NCBI GenBank assembly: GCA_018650795.1
Contig: JABIFG010000272.1
Coordinates: 10,512-74,511 of the forward strand
Length of the DNA: 64,000 nucleotides
Origin: Fidelibacterota bacterium
GTDB lineage: Bacteria; Fidelibacterota; UBA8477; JABMPR01
Direction: 5' to 3'
In this document: positions 17,185-27,658 of the stretch, in pieces
Layout: the number at the start of each line of letters is the position of its first letter
Position numbering within the stretch: the stretch's first letter is position 1
Made by a program: the position numbers and the translations under genes
The notes under the pieces: model-generated
Told to the model about the DNA's origin: nothing
Database searches by the model: none
Seen by the model: only the letters and a program-made list of their open reading frames with translations

Positions 17185-20052
17185 ATGAGTTTTTCAGAAT
17201 ATTTAAACGGTATTGGCCTTGGAACCTTTGTTTCCTTTGACTTGGAGACCACCGGACTCGACCCCAATGTTGATTTTGTGATTGAATTCGGAGCAGTTAA
17301 AGTTGTCGATGGTGTTGCTACAGAACGCTATCAGCAATTCATTAAACCTCCGGTCAGAATTCCCAAATTTATCACAAAACTCACGGGTATCACTGACGCA
17401 ATGGTTCAAGATTCACCCACTTTTGAAGAAGTGGTAGATGACCTGTATGATTTCCTGGGCAATCATCCTCTTGTTGCTCATAACATCTATTTTGATCATA
17501 ATTTTTTAAATGTTAAACGCGAAGCCATCGATGGCATACCCCTCAAGAATCAACGCATTGATACCTTGAGCCTGGTTCGAACCCTTAGATATGACATGAT
17601 CAATCACAAGCTGGGAACAGCAGCCGAGTTTTATGGCCTGTCCAAAGAGGGTGCCCATCGTGCTGATTATGATGCTGATATGGTTGCAGAAATCCTGCTC
17701 ATCCTCATTTCAGAGATGAAACGACTCCCACCTGATGTTCTGAAAGTTCTGGTTGATGTCATGCATGGCACAGATTTACCCAATGAACCTCTCTACAAGG
17801 CTATGCTGGAGTGGACTGCGACGGGACGGCCGATGGAGGAGTTGGATGAGTATCCCAGAATTGCCTTACCTCAGAAACCAAATATTCGCCATTCCACTGC
17901 GGATAGTGGCTATCCGGATCTGGATCAGATCTTTGCAGATGAAGGATTGTTGTCAGAACACCTCGAAGGCTATGAACCACGCGAAACCCAGGTTACTCTC
18001 GCGTATGATATTCAAGCTGCCATGCGGAATGATGAGTTTCTCATGGGTGAAGCAGGCACAGGTGTTGGAAAGAGTCTGGCCTACACTATTCCAGCAGTTC
18101 TTACCCGACATGAATTAAAAGAAGATGAACCTATTTTTATCAGTTGTAATACTAAAAACTTGCAGGATCAGTTATTTCACAAAGAAATTCCCTTTATCCA
18201 GGAGAAACTTGGATTGCCTGTGAGAGCTTTACTCTTGAAAGGCCGGAATAATTACATCTGCAAAACCAAATGGCAGAGAGCCATGCGTGATATCAGTTGG
18301 AGGTTTAGTCGTCGTGAGAAGGAAGCTCTTCAAACCTTGGTAGTTTGGGCTCACGAAACACCTACGGGAGATATCGACGAACACAATGGTTTTCATACTA
18401 TTGGAAATGCACTAGTTTGGTCTAAGCTGAATAGTGAACCCGGATTTTGTACAACCAACGTCTGTTCCCACAATGATTTTTGTTATCTCGGCAAATTGCG
18501 TCAGGAATCAGCTAAAGCCGATATTGTGGTTGTGAATCACTCACTGCTATTGGCCGATGCTGCTGCAGACCATGCTATTTTACCTCGCTATCAAAGACTA
18601 ATTGTTGACGAAGCCCACCTGCTTGAGAAAACAGCCTATCAGTTTTTTGCAGCAGAGTTTTCATATAAGAGCCTGCGTGTCCAGATGGATCAGTTGTTTT
18701 ATAAAGGGCGTAGCAAAAGTGGTATGTCTATTGAGCTTCGACACCTCCTGGTACCCATTGATGAGAAGCAAAAAATAGGAATTACAGGTCAATTGGATCA
18801 GCTCGAAACTGATATTAAAGAATTTGATAAAACCTTGCTGGCCTTCTTTACAGAATTCAAGGCAACCAGACAACGCGATATCGAACGAGCAACCTTTACA
18901 TACAAGGAGTTGTATACTGCTGAGAAGGATCCATTTGCTCCTGTACGTGGAATCTGGTACTCCGTCATCACCAGCTTGACCTCCTTAAGCAACCTGGTCC
19001 GAGACGTAGAAAAGTCTCTGGATGATCTGGAAGATGATACTCTGCCAGGACTTGCAGAAATTAGTTCAAGGTTTCAATCCTGGCGTGAGATGATGGTACA
19101 AACTCTGGCTGTCATGGATAAACAAGCTGCGGCTGATGACCCAGATTTGATCTATTGGTTTGAGATTTTGCCCAAGAGTGAAGTGGTGGCCGTGAAATTT
19201 GTCCAGGTGCCACTCGAGATTGGCAAGCAAATGCAGGAACGAGTCTATGAAGATCTAGCCTGTGCAATTTTCACATCAGGCACCCTCAACATAGATGGAA
19301 GTTTTAGTTACCTCAAACAGCGCCTGGGATTGAGGGGTCATGACCGTCTGAAAGAAATGACCTATCCATCACCCTTTTTCTATGAGGATCAGGCCAGAAT
19401 ATTCGTACCCACCTTTATGGGACCCCAAAACGCTGAAAATTATACCATCGAAGTGCTATTTCTGCTGGAAAAAATATGGAAAACCCATCCTGTGGGCACC
19501 ATGATATTATTTACAAGCTATACTATGTTGCTAAACTGGCAGGAGGAACTAGAAGACCGTATCAAAGGGTCTGGACGTCGTCTATTGGTCCAATCAAGTC
19601 GTGTATCCAGAATGGATTTGATCAATCAGTTCAGGAAATATCCTGACAGTATACTTCTGGCCACGGATAGTTTCTGGCAAGGAGTGGATATTAGGGGAGA
19701 TGCCCTCCAATTGTTGGTTATTGCAAAATTACCCTTCCTGGTTCCGTCTGATCCCATTGTCAGAGCTAACAGCGATGCACTAAAGGCAGCCGGTGAGAAT
19801 GACTTCATGGGCTATAGCGTCCCCGAGGCAGCCATTAAGTACAAACAGGGTGTTGGTCGACTTATCCGAAGTACATCTGATTTTGGTGCTATCCTTTCAT
19901 TGGACGAGCGAATATTCACAAAGCGATATGGTGATTATTTCCGTAATTCTACACCCATACCACATGTTCCAGCCAACTCAGAAAGAGAATTGGTTGATTC
20001 CATACGTGCTTGGTACAGATCGCATGGAATAGCAGATGCCAATACAAACTAA
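17185..20052 (+). CDS. dinG: bifunctional DnaQ-like 3'-5' exonuclease / DinG-family (Rad3-like) ATP-dependent helicase
   Basis: Exo I motif FVSFDLETTGLDP and HRADYDA exo III at the N-terminus. Helicase Walker A GEAGTGVGKSL and DEAH box LIVDEAHLL. Confidence 0.85.
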   Translation: MSFSEYLNGIGLGTFVSFDLETTGLDPNVDFVIEFGAVKVVDGVATERYQQFIKPPVRIPKFITKLTGITDAMVQDSPTFEEVVDDLYDFLGNHPLVAHNIYFDHNFLNVKREAIDGIPLKNQRIDTLSLVRTLRYDMINHKLGTAAEFYGLSKEGAHRADYDADMVAEILLILISEMKRLPPDVLKVLVDVMHGTDLPNEPLYKAMLEWTATGRPMEELDEYPRIALPQKPNIRHSTADSGYPDLDQIFADEGLLSEHLEGYEPRETQVTLAYDIQAAMRNDEFLMGEAGTGVGKSLAYTIPAVLTRHELKEDEPIFISCNTKNLQDQLFHKEIPFIQEKLGLPVRALLLKGRNNYICKTKWQRAMRDISWRFSRREKEALQTLVVWAHETPTGDIDEHNGFHTIGNALVWSKLNSEPGFCTTNVCSHNDFCYLGKLRQESAKADIVVVNHSLLLADAAADHAILPRYQRLIVDEAHLLEKTAYQFFAAEFSYKSLRVQMDQLFYKGRSKSGMSIELRHLLVPIDEKQKIGITGQLDQLETDIKEFDKTLLAFFTEFKATRQRDIERATFTYKELYTAEKDPFAPVRGIWYSVITSLTSLSNLVRDVEKSLDDLEDDTLPGLAEISSRFQSWREMMVQTLAVMDKQAAADDPDLIYWFEILPKSEVVAVKFVQVPLEIGKQMQERVYEDLACAIFTSGTLNIDGSFSYLKQRLGLRGHDRLKEMTYPSPFFYEDQARIFVPTFMGPQNAENYTIEVLFLLEKIWKTHPVGTMILFTSYTMLLNWQEELEDRIKGSGRRLLVQSSRVSRMDLINQFRKYPDSILLATDSFWQGVDIRGDALQLLVIAKLPFLVPSDPIVRANSDALKAAGENDFMGYSVPEAAIKYKQGVGRLIRSTSDFGAILSLDERIFTKRYGDYFRNSTPIPHVPANSERELVDSIRAWYRSHGIADANTN

Positions 20053-20064
20053 AGTGAGACGAAT

Positions 20065-21588
20065 ATGATTATAGATGGTAACTCATTGTCGCTTCAAGGG
20101 ATATTTGAAGAGCTCAAATCCCCGACAAAATTATCACTTAACTCAGAATCGGTGCAACTTGTGCGAAAATCACGTGAAGTTGTGGAACACATATTGGAGA
20201 CTGGGGACACCGTATATGGAGTAAATACGGGCTTTGGGAAGCTTGCCAATCAAAGAATTTCCAGTGAAAATTTACGTCAACTCCAAGTAAACCTGCTGAG
20301 AAGCCATGCTGCCGGCACCGGGGGATATCTATCCCAAAAGACCGTTAGATTAATTCTGCTCCTCAAAATCAATAGTCTGCTAAGAGGGTATTCAGGCATC
20401 AGACTCGAAGTCATTGAAGCATTGATCAACCTGTACAATAATAATCTCACTCCCGCTGTCAGAGAAAGAGGTAGCGTAGGAGCCAGTGGTGATTTAGCAC
20501 CCCTTGCTGATCTGGCATTACCCCTCATTGGGGAAGGTCAGTTTCTCATGGATGATGATACGCTTCAACCAGCATCGGAAATATTAAAACGACACAAGCT
20601 TCAAGTGGTCGAATTAAAAGAAAAAGAAGGTCTTTCTCTCATTAATGGCACTCAGGTGAGTACTGCCCTGGCAATTGAATCCCTGGAGAAGATCAGAGAT
20701 CTCTTTTTCACGATCTCAGCCACAGGTGCTTTTAGTACCGAAGTCATGCTCGGTACTGACACTGCATTCAGAAAAGAAATTCAGAAGGCTCGCAACCAAC
20801 CAGGTCAAATCTATGCCGGAGAATTATTGTATAGTCTAATGGCCAACAGTGGGTACCGAGATGCTCATCTTGATTGTGACAGAGTTCAGGATTTCTACAG
20901 TATTCGTTGCATGCCTCAAGTCCATGGATCATTATATGATTTGATCCAACATGCAGAAAGAATTTTGACCCAGGAAGCTAATAGTACTACTGATAATCCG
21001 GTGACCTTGATTGATGAGAATGTGATTGTGTCAGGTGGTAATTTTCATGCTGCACCCATTGCACATACCATGGATTATCTGGCTATTGCCCTCTCAGATG
21101 TTGTTGCAATGAGTGAACGTCGAATAGCCGCTTTTCAGGAAACGAGTCAAAGCAATTTACCCATGTTTCTCATGCAGGAGGCTGGCCTAAACTCAGGGTT
21201 TATGATTGCCCATGTAACAGCAGCTGCCCTGGCCAGTGAGAACAAGTCATTGAGCCATCCTGCTTCTGTGGATTCCATCCCTACCTCTGCCAATCAGGAA
21301 GATCATGTAAGTATGGCCCCCAATGCAGGTCATCAACTCAGACAAGTCGTATCAAATAGCTCAAGAATTATTGCCATTGAGCTGATGTGCGCCGCTCAGG
21401 CCAAGGATCTAAATCCACAGTATCATCTCGCACCTGCCAGTAAGGCCATTTACAATTTAATTCGCTTAGAAGTGCCATATCTGGAGGTAGACGGTCCCTT
21501 GAGTGCTCACATTGAATCAATTCATCAAATTGTTTCCTCAGGGGCGATTGCAGAAATTGTAGCCAAACATTTGGAGGAGCAATCATGA
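20065..21588 (+). CDS. hutH: histidine ammonia-lyase (aromatic amino acid ammonia-lyase family)
   Basis: MIO-forming GSVGASGDLAPLA motif; 507 aa. Confidence 0.85.
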   Translation: MIIDGNSLSLQGIFEELKSPTKLSLNSESVQLVRKSREVVEHILETGDTVYGVNTGFGKLANQRISSENLRQLQVNLLRSHAAGTGGYLSQKTVRLILLLKINSLLRGYSGIRLEVIEALINLYNNNLTPAVRERGSVGASGDLAPLADLALPLIGEGQFLMDDDTLQPASEILKRHKLQVVELKEKEGLSLINGTQVSTALAIESLEKIRDLFFTISATGAFSTEVMLGTDTAFRKEIQKARNQPGQIYAGELLYSLMANSGYRDAHLDCDRVQDFYSIRCMPQVHGSLYDLIQHAERILTQEANSTTDNPVTLIDENVIVSGGNFHAAPIAHTMDYLAIALSDVVAMSERRIAAFQETSQSNLPMFLMQEAGLNSGFMIAHVTAAALASENKSLSHPASVDSIPTSANQEDHVSMAPNAGHQLRQVVSNSSRIIAIELMCAAQAKDLNPQYHLAPASKAIYNLIRLEVPYLEVDGPLSAHIESIHQIVSSGAIAEIVAKHLEEQS

Positions 21589-22115
21589 TGAGCAATGTAA
21601 AATTGATAGTTCTGCCATTTCTGGTGTTACTTTTTATTACCTGTGCTTCAGAATCAGTAAATTATGACTTGCCAAGTGCAGGTACAATTGAAGCACCGAA
21701 ATGGGTAGCCACACACAGGGCTGTTAGAGATACGATTTTCATAATTATACATTTGCCTGAGGATCATTCACTCGATATGGACGAATCTGTCCAGAAGGCT
21801 CAATCAGAACTGCACACTTTATTGATGAGTGAAATCGAACTTATTCTACGTGATTATTGGGAAGAAAAACAGATTTATTATACTGATAAAGAGAAATTTC
21901 ACCTCTTATCAGGACTTCCCATTACACTTGAGCAAATCATGAATCATGTAGATGTGACAGATGGTTGGGAGCGAAACGGTGAAGTTTCAATCTTATGTGC
22001 CATGGACTATGAAGAGGTTGCTGAGGTTCTCATTCAGGAAATGGAAATTGAAGATCGTGCTTTCCTGTCATATCTGAAGAGAAGAATGGACGATCTTGCT
22101 CAGCGCTATCGATAG
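21585..22115 (+). CDS. hypothetical lipoprotein
   Basis: Signal peptide with a lipobox-like LFITC. Start overlaps the hutH stop (ATGA). Confidence 0.5.
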   Translation: MMSNVKLIVLPFLVLLFITCASESVNYDLPSAGTIEAPKWVATHRAVRDTIFIIIHLPEDHSLDMDESVQKAQSELHTLLMSEIELILRDYWEEKQIYYTDKEKFHLLSGLPITLEQIMNHVDVTDGWERNGEVSILCAMDYEEVAEVLIQEMEIEDRAFLSYLKRRMDDLAQRYR

Positions 22116-22123
22116 GACATCAA

Positions 22124-23095
22124 ATGAGATTTGTTGACTATGTAAAGATTAAAGTCATCCCTGGAAAAGGTGGGGATGGTATTATTGCTTTTCGTCGAGA
22201 AAAGTTTGTCCCTAAAGGGGGGCCTGCCGGTGGGAACGGTGGCAGAGGTGGCAGCATCATCCTCAAGGTGGATACACAACTTCATACACTCCAGGATATA
22301 CGGTATCATCGCATCTATAAGGCCAACCGGGGTAAACATGGTGAAGGCAGTCTCCGTCACGGTAAAAAGGGTGAAGATATTATAGTCAAAGTTCCGGCTG
22401 GTACCATTGTGAAGGATTTGCACAATGGAGAAGTAGTAGCCGATTTGCAGATTGATGGTGAATCAGTTGTTGTTGCCAGGGGTGGGCGAGGTGGCCGTGG
22501 CAATGCAGAATTCGCGACCCCTACACATCAGGCACCTCGTGAGTTTGAGTATGGTCGTGAGGGGCGTGAACATGAGTTGGAACTCGAGTTAAAGGTGCTG
22601 GCTGATGTTGGACTAGTGGGCTTTCCAAATGCTGGCAAATCTACCCTGCTCTCAAGGGTGTCCAGAGCCAAACCCAAGATTGCAGATTATCCATTTACTA
22701 CTTTAACACCAAATCTTGGAATTGTAAAGTCTGGTGCCTATTCAAGCTTCGTTATGGCTGATATTCCGGGTCTCATTGAGGGTGCTCATGAAGGCAAAGG
22801 CTTGGGAACTCAATTTCTGAAACATGTCGAAAGGTGTAGTGTTCTGTTGTTTCTGGTAGATGCCAACGATGAAGATCCTGCAGAATCATATCGACTTCTA
22901 TTTCAGGAAGTGCAAAAGTACAGCCCTGGATTGATACAACGCAAAAGATTACTTGCAATCACCAAGATGGACTCCTTTGTGGGAGTACCCAAGATGTCAA
23001 CCTTTGAACCCATCGAACTTTTTCCCATCTCCTCTGTTTCCGGAGAAGGACTTGAGAATCTGATAAAAGCACTAACCACAAGCATTAGTGAATAA
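22124..23095 (+). CDS. obg: GTPase Obg
   Basis: Glycine-rich Obg fold (GGDGG, GGRGG) plus G1 GFPNAGKST and G3 DIPG. Confidence 0.95.
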   Translation: MRFVDYVKIKVIPGKGGDGIIAFRREKFVPKGGPAGGNGGRGGSIILKVDTQLHTLQDIRYHRIYKANRGKHGEGSLRHGKKGEDIIVKVPAGTIVKDLHNGEVVADLQIDGESVVVARGGRGGRGNAEFATPTHQAPREFEYGREGREHELELELKVLADVGLVGFPNAGKSTLLSRVSRAKPKIADYPFTTLTPNLGIVKSGAYSSFVMADIPGLIEGAHEGKGLGTQFLKHVERCSVLLFLVDANDEDPAESYRLLFQEVQKYSPGLIQRKRLLAITKMDSFVGVPKMSTFEPIELFPISSVSGEGLENLIKALTTSISE

Positions 23096-24185
23096 AAAAC
23101 TTTTCAATATTATCAGGATGCTTAGCATCACTGGAGTCGGCCCCCGTAAAACGCTGGACCTCATTTCAGAATTCGGGTCACTCGAAAATATTTTTTCCGC
23201 CAGTTACCAGGCGCTTACTAGAATCCCAGGAATTAAAGACAAAATCGCCCGGTCGATATTGAATGATCCAGATGAGGAACTGGTTGCTGGACAGGCCAAG
23301 TTGATTGAGAAATTCCAGGTGAAAATGGTGACATTGTGGGACGAGTCATATCCTAGACAATTGAAACAATTATATGATCCACCCATCGCTCTGTTTTGCA
23401 GAGGAAATACTGACCTTCTGGCATCTGACAGTATTGGAATGGTCGGAACCAGAACTCCCACCGCTTACGGTAAGGAAATATCAAAAGATTTCAGCAGAGA
23501 GCTAGCTCAACGAGGCCTGACAATTGTATCAGGTGCTGCCAAAGGCGTTGATACTTATGCTCACGAGGCATGCCTAAAAGCCAGTGGGAAGACTATCGCC
23601 GTTCTGGGAAATGGTGTCGATAGGGTTTATCCAGCTGAGAATCGACTACTATTTGAAAGAATATCAGAACAGGGACTGTTGATTTCAGAATTTCTCATGG
23701 GTAGCAAACCGGATGCTCAGAATTTTCCACGCCGAAATCGTATCATCTCAGGACTCAGCCTGGGGAGTATCGTCATTGAAGCTGCTGAACGCAGTGGCTC
23801 CTTAATCACAGCCTATTTTGCACTGGATCAAAACCGCGAGGTCTTTTCGGTTCCAGGACCAATCAATAGTCGGCAAAGTCGCGGAACCAACCTATTAATC
23901 AAGCAGGGAGCAAAACTGGTTGAAAGCGTTGAGGACATCCTGGAGGAGCTGGGTGGGAAATACAAAATGGGAAGCTCCCAGGGCCAACAGGAGTTGCTGA
24001 TAGCCGCCGATCCAATTGAAGCATCATTGCTTGAACACCTTACTGAAGGTGAAGAGATTCACATTGATGATTTGTCAACACTGGCAGGACAAACTACTTT
24101 TGCACTTCTGGGTACATTGCTTCAACTGGAAATGAAGGGAATTATTCAACAACTACCTGGCAAATATTTTAAACGAAGATTTTGA
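23088..24185 (+). CDS. dprA: DNA processing protein DprA (Smf)
   Basis: SAM-like N-terminus, Rossmann-like core (GxGxDxxAH) and C-terminal winged helix. Overlaps the obg stop. Confidence 0.85.
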   Translation: MNKKLFNIIRMLSITGVGPRKTLDLISEFGSLENIFSASYQALTRIPGIKDKIARSILNDPDEELVAGQAKLIEKFQVKMVTLWDESYPRQLKQLYDPPIALFCRGNTDLLASDSIGMVGTRTPTAYGKEISKDFSRELAQRGLTIVSGAAKGVDTYAHEACLKASGKTIAVLGNGVDRVYPAENRLLFERISEQGLLISEFLMGSKPDAQNFPRRNRIISGLSLGSIVIEAAERSGSLITAYFALDQNREVFSVPGPINSRQSRGTNLLIKQGAKLVESVEDILEELGGKYKMGSSQGQQELLIAADPIEASLLEHLTEGEEIHIDDLSTLAGQTTFALLGTLLQLEMKGIIQQLPGKYFKRRF

Positions 24186-24202
24186 AATAAAGGAATATCA
24201 CC

Positions 24203-25498
24203 ATGATCTCGAGTCTGATCGACTATTTAAATCAAAGTGTCACAGCATTCCATGCTGTATTGGCAGCTGAAGAGACGCTCCAATCCAGTGGCTTTATCAG
24301 ATTGGATGAAAAGGAAGCCTGGGATTTAAAACCCAATTCAAAGTATTATGTTATTCGTAGTGAATCAGCACTGGCAGCCTGGCAGATGGGTAATGGGGAT
24401 GCAAGCGGCGTCCGTCTTCTTGGTGCCCATACCGACTCTCCAGGTTTACATTTAAAACCGCAAGCTCAATATTCTAAAAGTGGCTATGTACAACTTGGCG
24501 TTGAGGTGTATGGCGGTCCGCTCCTGGCAAGCTGGACTGATCGTGACCTTTCTTTAGCTGGTAGGGTTATTCTAAAACAGAATGGCAAACTCAAAGTAGT
24601 ACCTTTCAAGTCTGATAAAGTTCTGCTAAGGGTACCCCAGCTGGCTATTCACTTGAATAGAGAGGTTAATGAAAAGGGGCTAAAGCTGAATAAGCAAACT
24701 CATATGCCTCCAATTCTAGCTCTTGAAAGCAATGATGGCTCATCGGTAGACTCAGGGTTGATAGAAGATCTCATTGCAGATACCTTGAATGTTGGACGCG
24801 ATGAAATAGCGAATTGGCAACTGGAATGTTATGATACCCAGCCAGCTACCCGCAGTGGTTTAAATGATGAATTTATTGTGAGTGGCAGATTAGATAATCT
24901 GACCATGTGTCATGCAGCCATCCAGGCACTTACAGCAAATCCAATCGCGGCTACACAAACAGCTATGATAGCCCTTTTTGACAACGAGGAAATTGGCAGC
25001 TCAACAGAAAATGGTGCTGCTTCGGCCTTTATTCGTGACATCATCACACGGGTAGTCAGTTCCAACGGCTCCAATCATCTCACGCAACGAGCCCTCGCAA
25101 ATAGTGCCTGTATTTCTGCAGATGGTGCCCATGCCATTCATCCAAATTATACTGAGTTCCATGACCCACAGCATGCGGTTAAAATGGGTCAAGGACCGGT
25201 TATCAAGGTGAATGCTAATCATCGTTATGCCACTAGCGCGTTTACTTCAACTATCTTTGAACAATTATGTAAAGATGTGGATGTTCCATTTCAGCATTAT
25301 GTGCACAAAACAGATTTACCATGTGGTTCTACTATCGGACCCATTACTGCAACAGGTTTAGGTATCCCTGTTGTCGATGTGGGGAATGCCATGCTCTCCA
25401 TGCACTCCATTCGTGAGACTGCTGGAGTTAAAGATCATGAAATGATGATTAAAGTACTGGACAGATTTTTCACTAAAGTTGATTTGGAAGCGGTCTGA
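24203..25498 (+). CDS. M18-family aminopeptidase (aspartyl aminopeptidase-like)
   Basis: HTDSPGLHLKP block and 431 aa M18 architecture. Confidence 0.85.
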   Translation: MISSLIDYLNQSVTAFHAVLAAEETLQSSGFIRLDEKEAWDLKPNSKYYVIRSESALAAWQMGNGDASGVRLLGAHTDSPGLHLKPQAQYSKSGYVQLGVEVYGGPLLASWTDRDLSLAGRVILKQNGKLKVVPFKSDKVLLRVPQLAIHLNREVNEKGLKLNKQTHMPPILALESNDGSSVDSGLIEDLIADTLNVGRDEIANWQLECYDTQPATRSGLNDEFIVSGRLDNLTMCHAAIQALTANPIAATQTAMIALFDNEEIGSSTENGAASAFIRDIITRVVSSNGSNHLTQRALANSACISADGAHAIHPNYTEFHDPQHAVKMGQGPVIKVNANHRYATSAFTSTIFEQLCKDVDVPFQHYVHKTDLPCGSTIGPITATGLGIPVVDVGNAMLSMHSIRETAGVKDHEMMIKVLDRFFTKVDLEAV

Positions 25499-25518
25499 AA
25501 ACCAGATTAACTAAATCA

Positions 25519-25554
25519 GCTACAATGTCGAGATATGTAGCAGTTTGTTTTGTT
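25519..25554 (+). terminator. terminator-like hairpin after the aminopeptidase
   Basis: gctaca-N11-tgtagc followed by TTTGTTTTGTT. Confidence 0.5.
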
Positions 25555-25658
25555 ACAGATGGATATTGACGTTGGAATAATAAGATCAAATCAGACTTCC
25601 TTCACCCCTGATAATTGATACATTATTCTGCTTTTTTTATGAGTGTTAAGCATCGTCT

Positions 25659-25791
25659 GATCTTGAAGATGCGTTGTGCTTTCAGGTCCTGCAATGAAAG
25701 CGAGCCGAACCCCGTCAGATCCGGAAGGAAGCAGCGGTAAGCATTGTAATCGTGTGTCGGATTCCCCTGAGGCACGCGCATCTTTGAGATC
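25659..25791 (+). ncRNA. ffs: signal recognition particle RNA (small/4.5S type)
   Basis: Conserved domain IV sequence CAGATCCGGAAGGAAGCAGCGGTAAG, matching E. coli 4.5S GGUCCGGAAGGAAGCAGCCAAGG. A 15-bp terminal helix closes the 5' and 3' ends. Lies immediately upstream of dnaX as in many bacteria. No ORF is present. Confidence 0.8.
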
Positions 25792-25826
25792 AGCTATTTA
25801 TTCAACCAACTGGAAAGTCAACTATC

Positions 25827-27629
25827 GTGTCTGATCAAGAGTCTGCATACATTGTTTCCTCGCTAAAATATCGTCCTCAAACGTTTGAGGATGTGGTTGG
25901 ACAGGATCATGTTTCCAGAACTCTGAGAAATGCACTTCTCAGGCATAGGTTAGCCAATGGTTATATATTCACAGGTCCTCGGGGCGTAGGGAAAACCACT
26001 TCAGCTAGAATTCTTGCCAAGGCAATTAATTGTGAAAATCCACATGATGGCAACCCCTGCAATACCTGCAACCATTGCATCGAGATAACTGCCGGTCGTA
26101 GCCTGGATGTGCTGGAAGTCGATGGAGCATCAACGCGGGGTATAGATGCAATCAGAGAATTACGAGAAGTGGTTAAATACCCACCCACGAATTCCAATTA
26201 CCGCGTCTATATAATAGATGAAGTCCATATGCTCACCAAGGAAGCCTTTAATGCGCTTCTAAAAACACTTGAAGAGCCACCACCCCAGGTACTGTTTATT
26301 TTCGCTACGACTGAGCCCCAAAAAGTACCACTTACTATTCTTTCACGGTGTCAGCGCTATGATTTTCGTATGATTTCAACGGAAACCATGGTGGCTCGCT
26401 TGCAAATGATTAGTGAAAAAGAGGGCATTTCAATTTCCGAAGAAGGTTTGGCGCTCATTGCACGCAAAGCTGCCGGAAGTTTACGAGATTCACTAAGCCT
26501 TCTTGATCAGGTCTCTGCGTTTGCTGAAGATGAAGCATCCATTGACCTTGTCAGAAGAGTTTTGGGTGTCCTGGATGCTACGATTTATTTCGAATTGATG
26601 CATAATGTGGCCAGTCAAGCTGCTGATAACTTAATGAATCAGGCCAACATGCTCTTTTCAAGAGGCATAAGCATATCGGAGTTTTTGCAAGGTCTCAGTG
26701 AACATATAAGAAATCTTCTCATCGTCAAAGTGGCTGGTATTACCGATTATCTCGATGTATCTGATTCAGATGCGAAAGCTCTCAAGGAACAAATAGCTTA
26801 TCTGGAAGAACGTGATCTATTACGCATGCAAAACATTGTCCTGGAAACGATTCGTGAGCAGCGTTTTGTGAGTAATCAGCTGGTTTCGGTTGAGCTTATG
26901 TTGTTAAAACTGGTTAGAAGTACTCGTGCGTTGGACCTTGATGCTATTCTTACCGGGAAAAGTGCACCGGCAGTGGTAGCGCCCAAGGTTGCTCCTCCAC
27001 AAATAACACCTCCACCAAGCAAAGCTGATTTGCCAGAGCAAAAGGCAGTATCTCAACCGACACCTACGCCCGTGCAAGAAGCTGAAAATGTTCCTGAACC
27101 AAAGACTGAGCCACTTCCTGAAGAGAAACCTGAGCCTGTCCAGGATGAGGTTATAAAATCTGAGCTGGTCACTGAACCAGAACCGGAAGTAATCGAAGAG
27201 GTCGTTCCTGAGCCGCTCCCTGCACCCGAAGAACCATCGGTTGCTGAGAGTGATCCATCTGAAGATCAAGATGCCAGTGTTATGAGGGTTGAAGAACTTT
27301 TACCACATTGGGAGAAATTCATAGAAACTTTGGGAAAGATTAGCCAATCTACTAGCGCATTTATGAGTGAGGGAACACCAGCAAGTTTTGAAAAAGGGCG
27401 CCTGACCGTTTCATTTGCGCCTGAACAAAAATATCATATTCAAAAATTGAGTAAAAATACAGATGAAATTCATAAAATTGCTTCAGAAGTATTTGGAACA
27501 AAAATGACTATTGTGCTATTAGAAGAAAATGGTCGAAAACCAAAACCAAGAAAAGAAGATGAAATTCTGGCTCATCCAACATCTCAACATCTCCTGGATA
27601 TATTTGATGGTGAGATCATCGATGAGTAG
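25827..27629 (+). CDS. dnaX: DNA polymerase III subunit gamma/tau
   Basis: Walker A GPRGVGKTT, zinc module CNTCNHC, SRC motif, and a proline/glutamate-rich tau linker. Confidence 0.95.
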   Translation: MSDQESAYIVSSLKYRPQTFEDVVGQDHVSRTLRNALLRHRLANGYIFTGPRGVGKTTSARILAKAINCENPHDGNPCNTCNHCIEITAGRSLDVLEVDGASTRGIDAIRELREVVKYPPTNSNYRVYIIDEVHMLTKEAFNALLKTLEEPPPQVLFIFATTEPQKVPLTILSRCQRYDFRMISTETMVARLQMISEKEGISISEEGLALIARKAAGSLRDSLSLLDQVSAFAEDEASIDLVRRVLGVLDATIYFELMHNVASQAADNLMNQANMLFSRGISISEFLQGLSEHIRNLLIVKVAGITDYLDVSDSDAKALKEQIAYLEERDLLRMQNIVLETIREQRFVSNQLVSVELMLLKLVRSTRALDLDAILTGKSAPAVVAPKVAPPQITPPPSKADLPEQKAVSQPTPTPVQEAENVPEPKTEPLPEEKPEPVQDEVIKSELVTEPEPEVIEEVVPEPLPAPEEPSVAESDPSEDQDASVMRVEELLPHWEKFIETLGKISQSTSAFMSEGTPASFEKGRLTVSFAPEQKYHIQKLSKNTDEIHKIASEVFGTKMTIVLLEENGRKPKPRKEDEILAHPTSQHLLDIFDGEIIDE

Positions 27630-27658
27630 AGTTTGAACTCGTATAGGAGAAAACTCCA

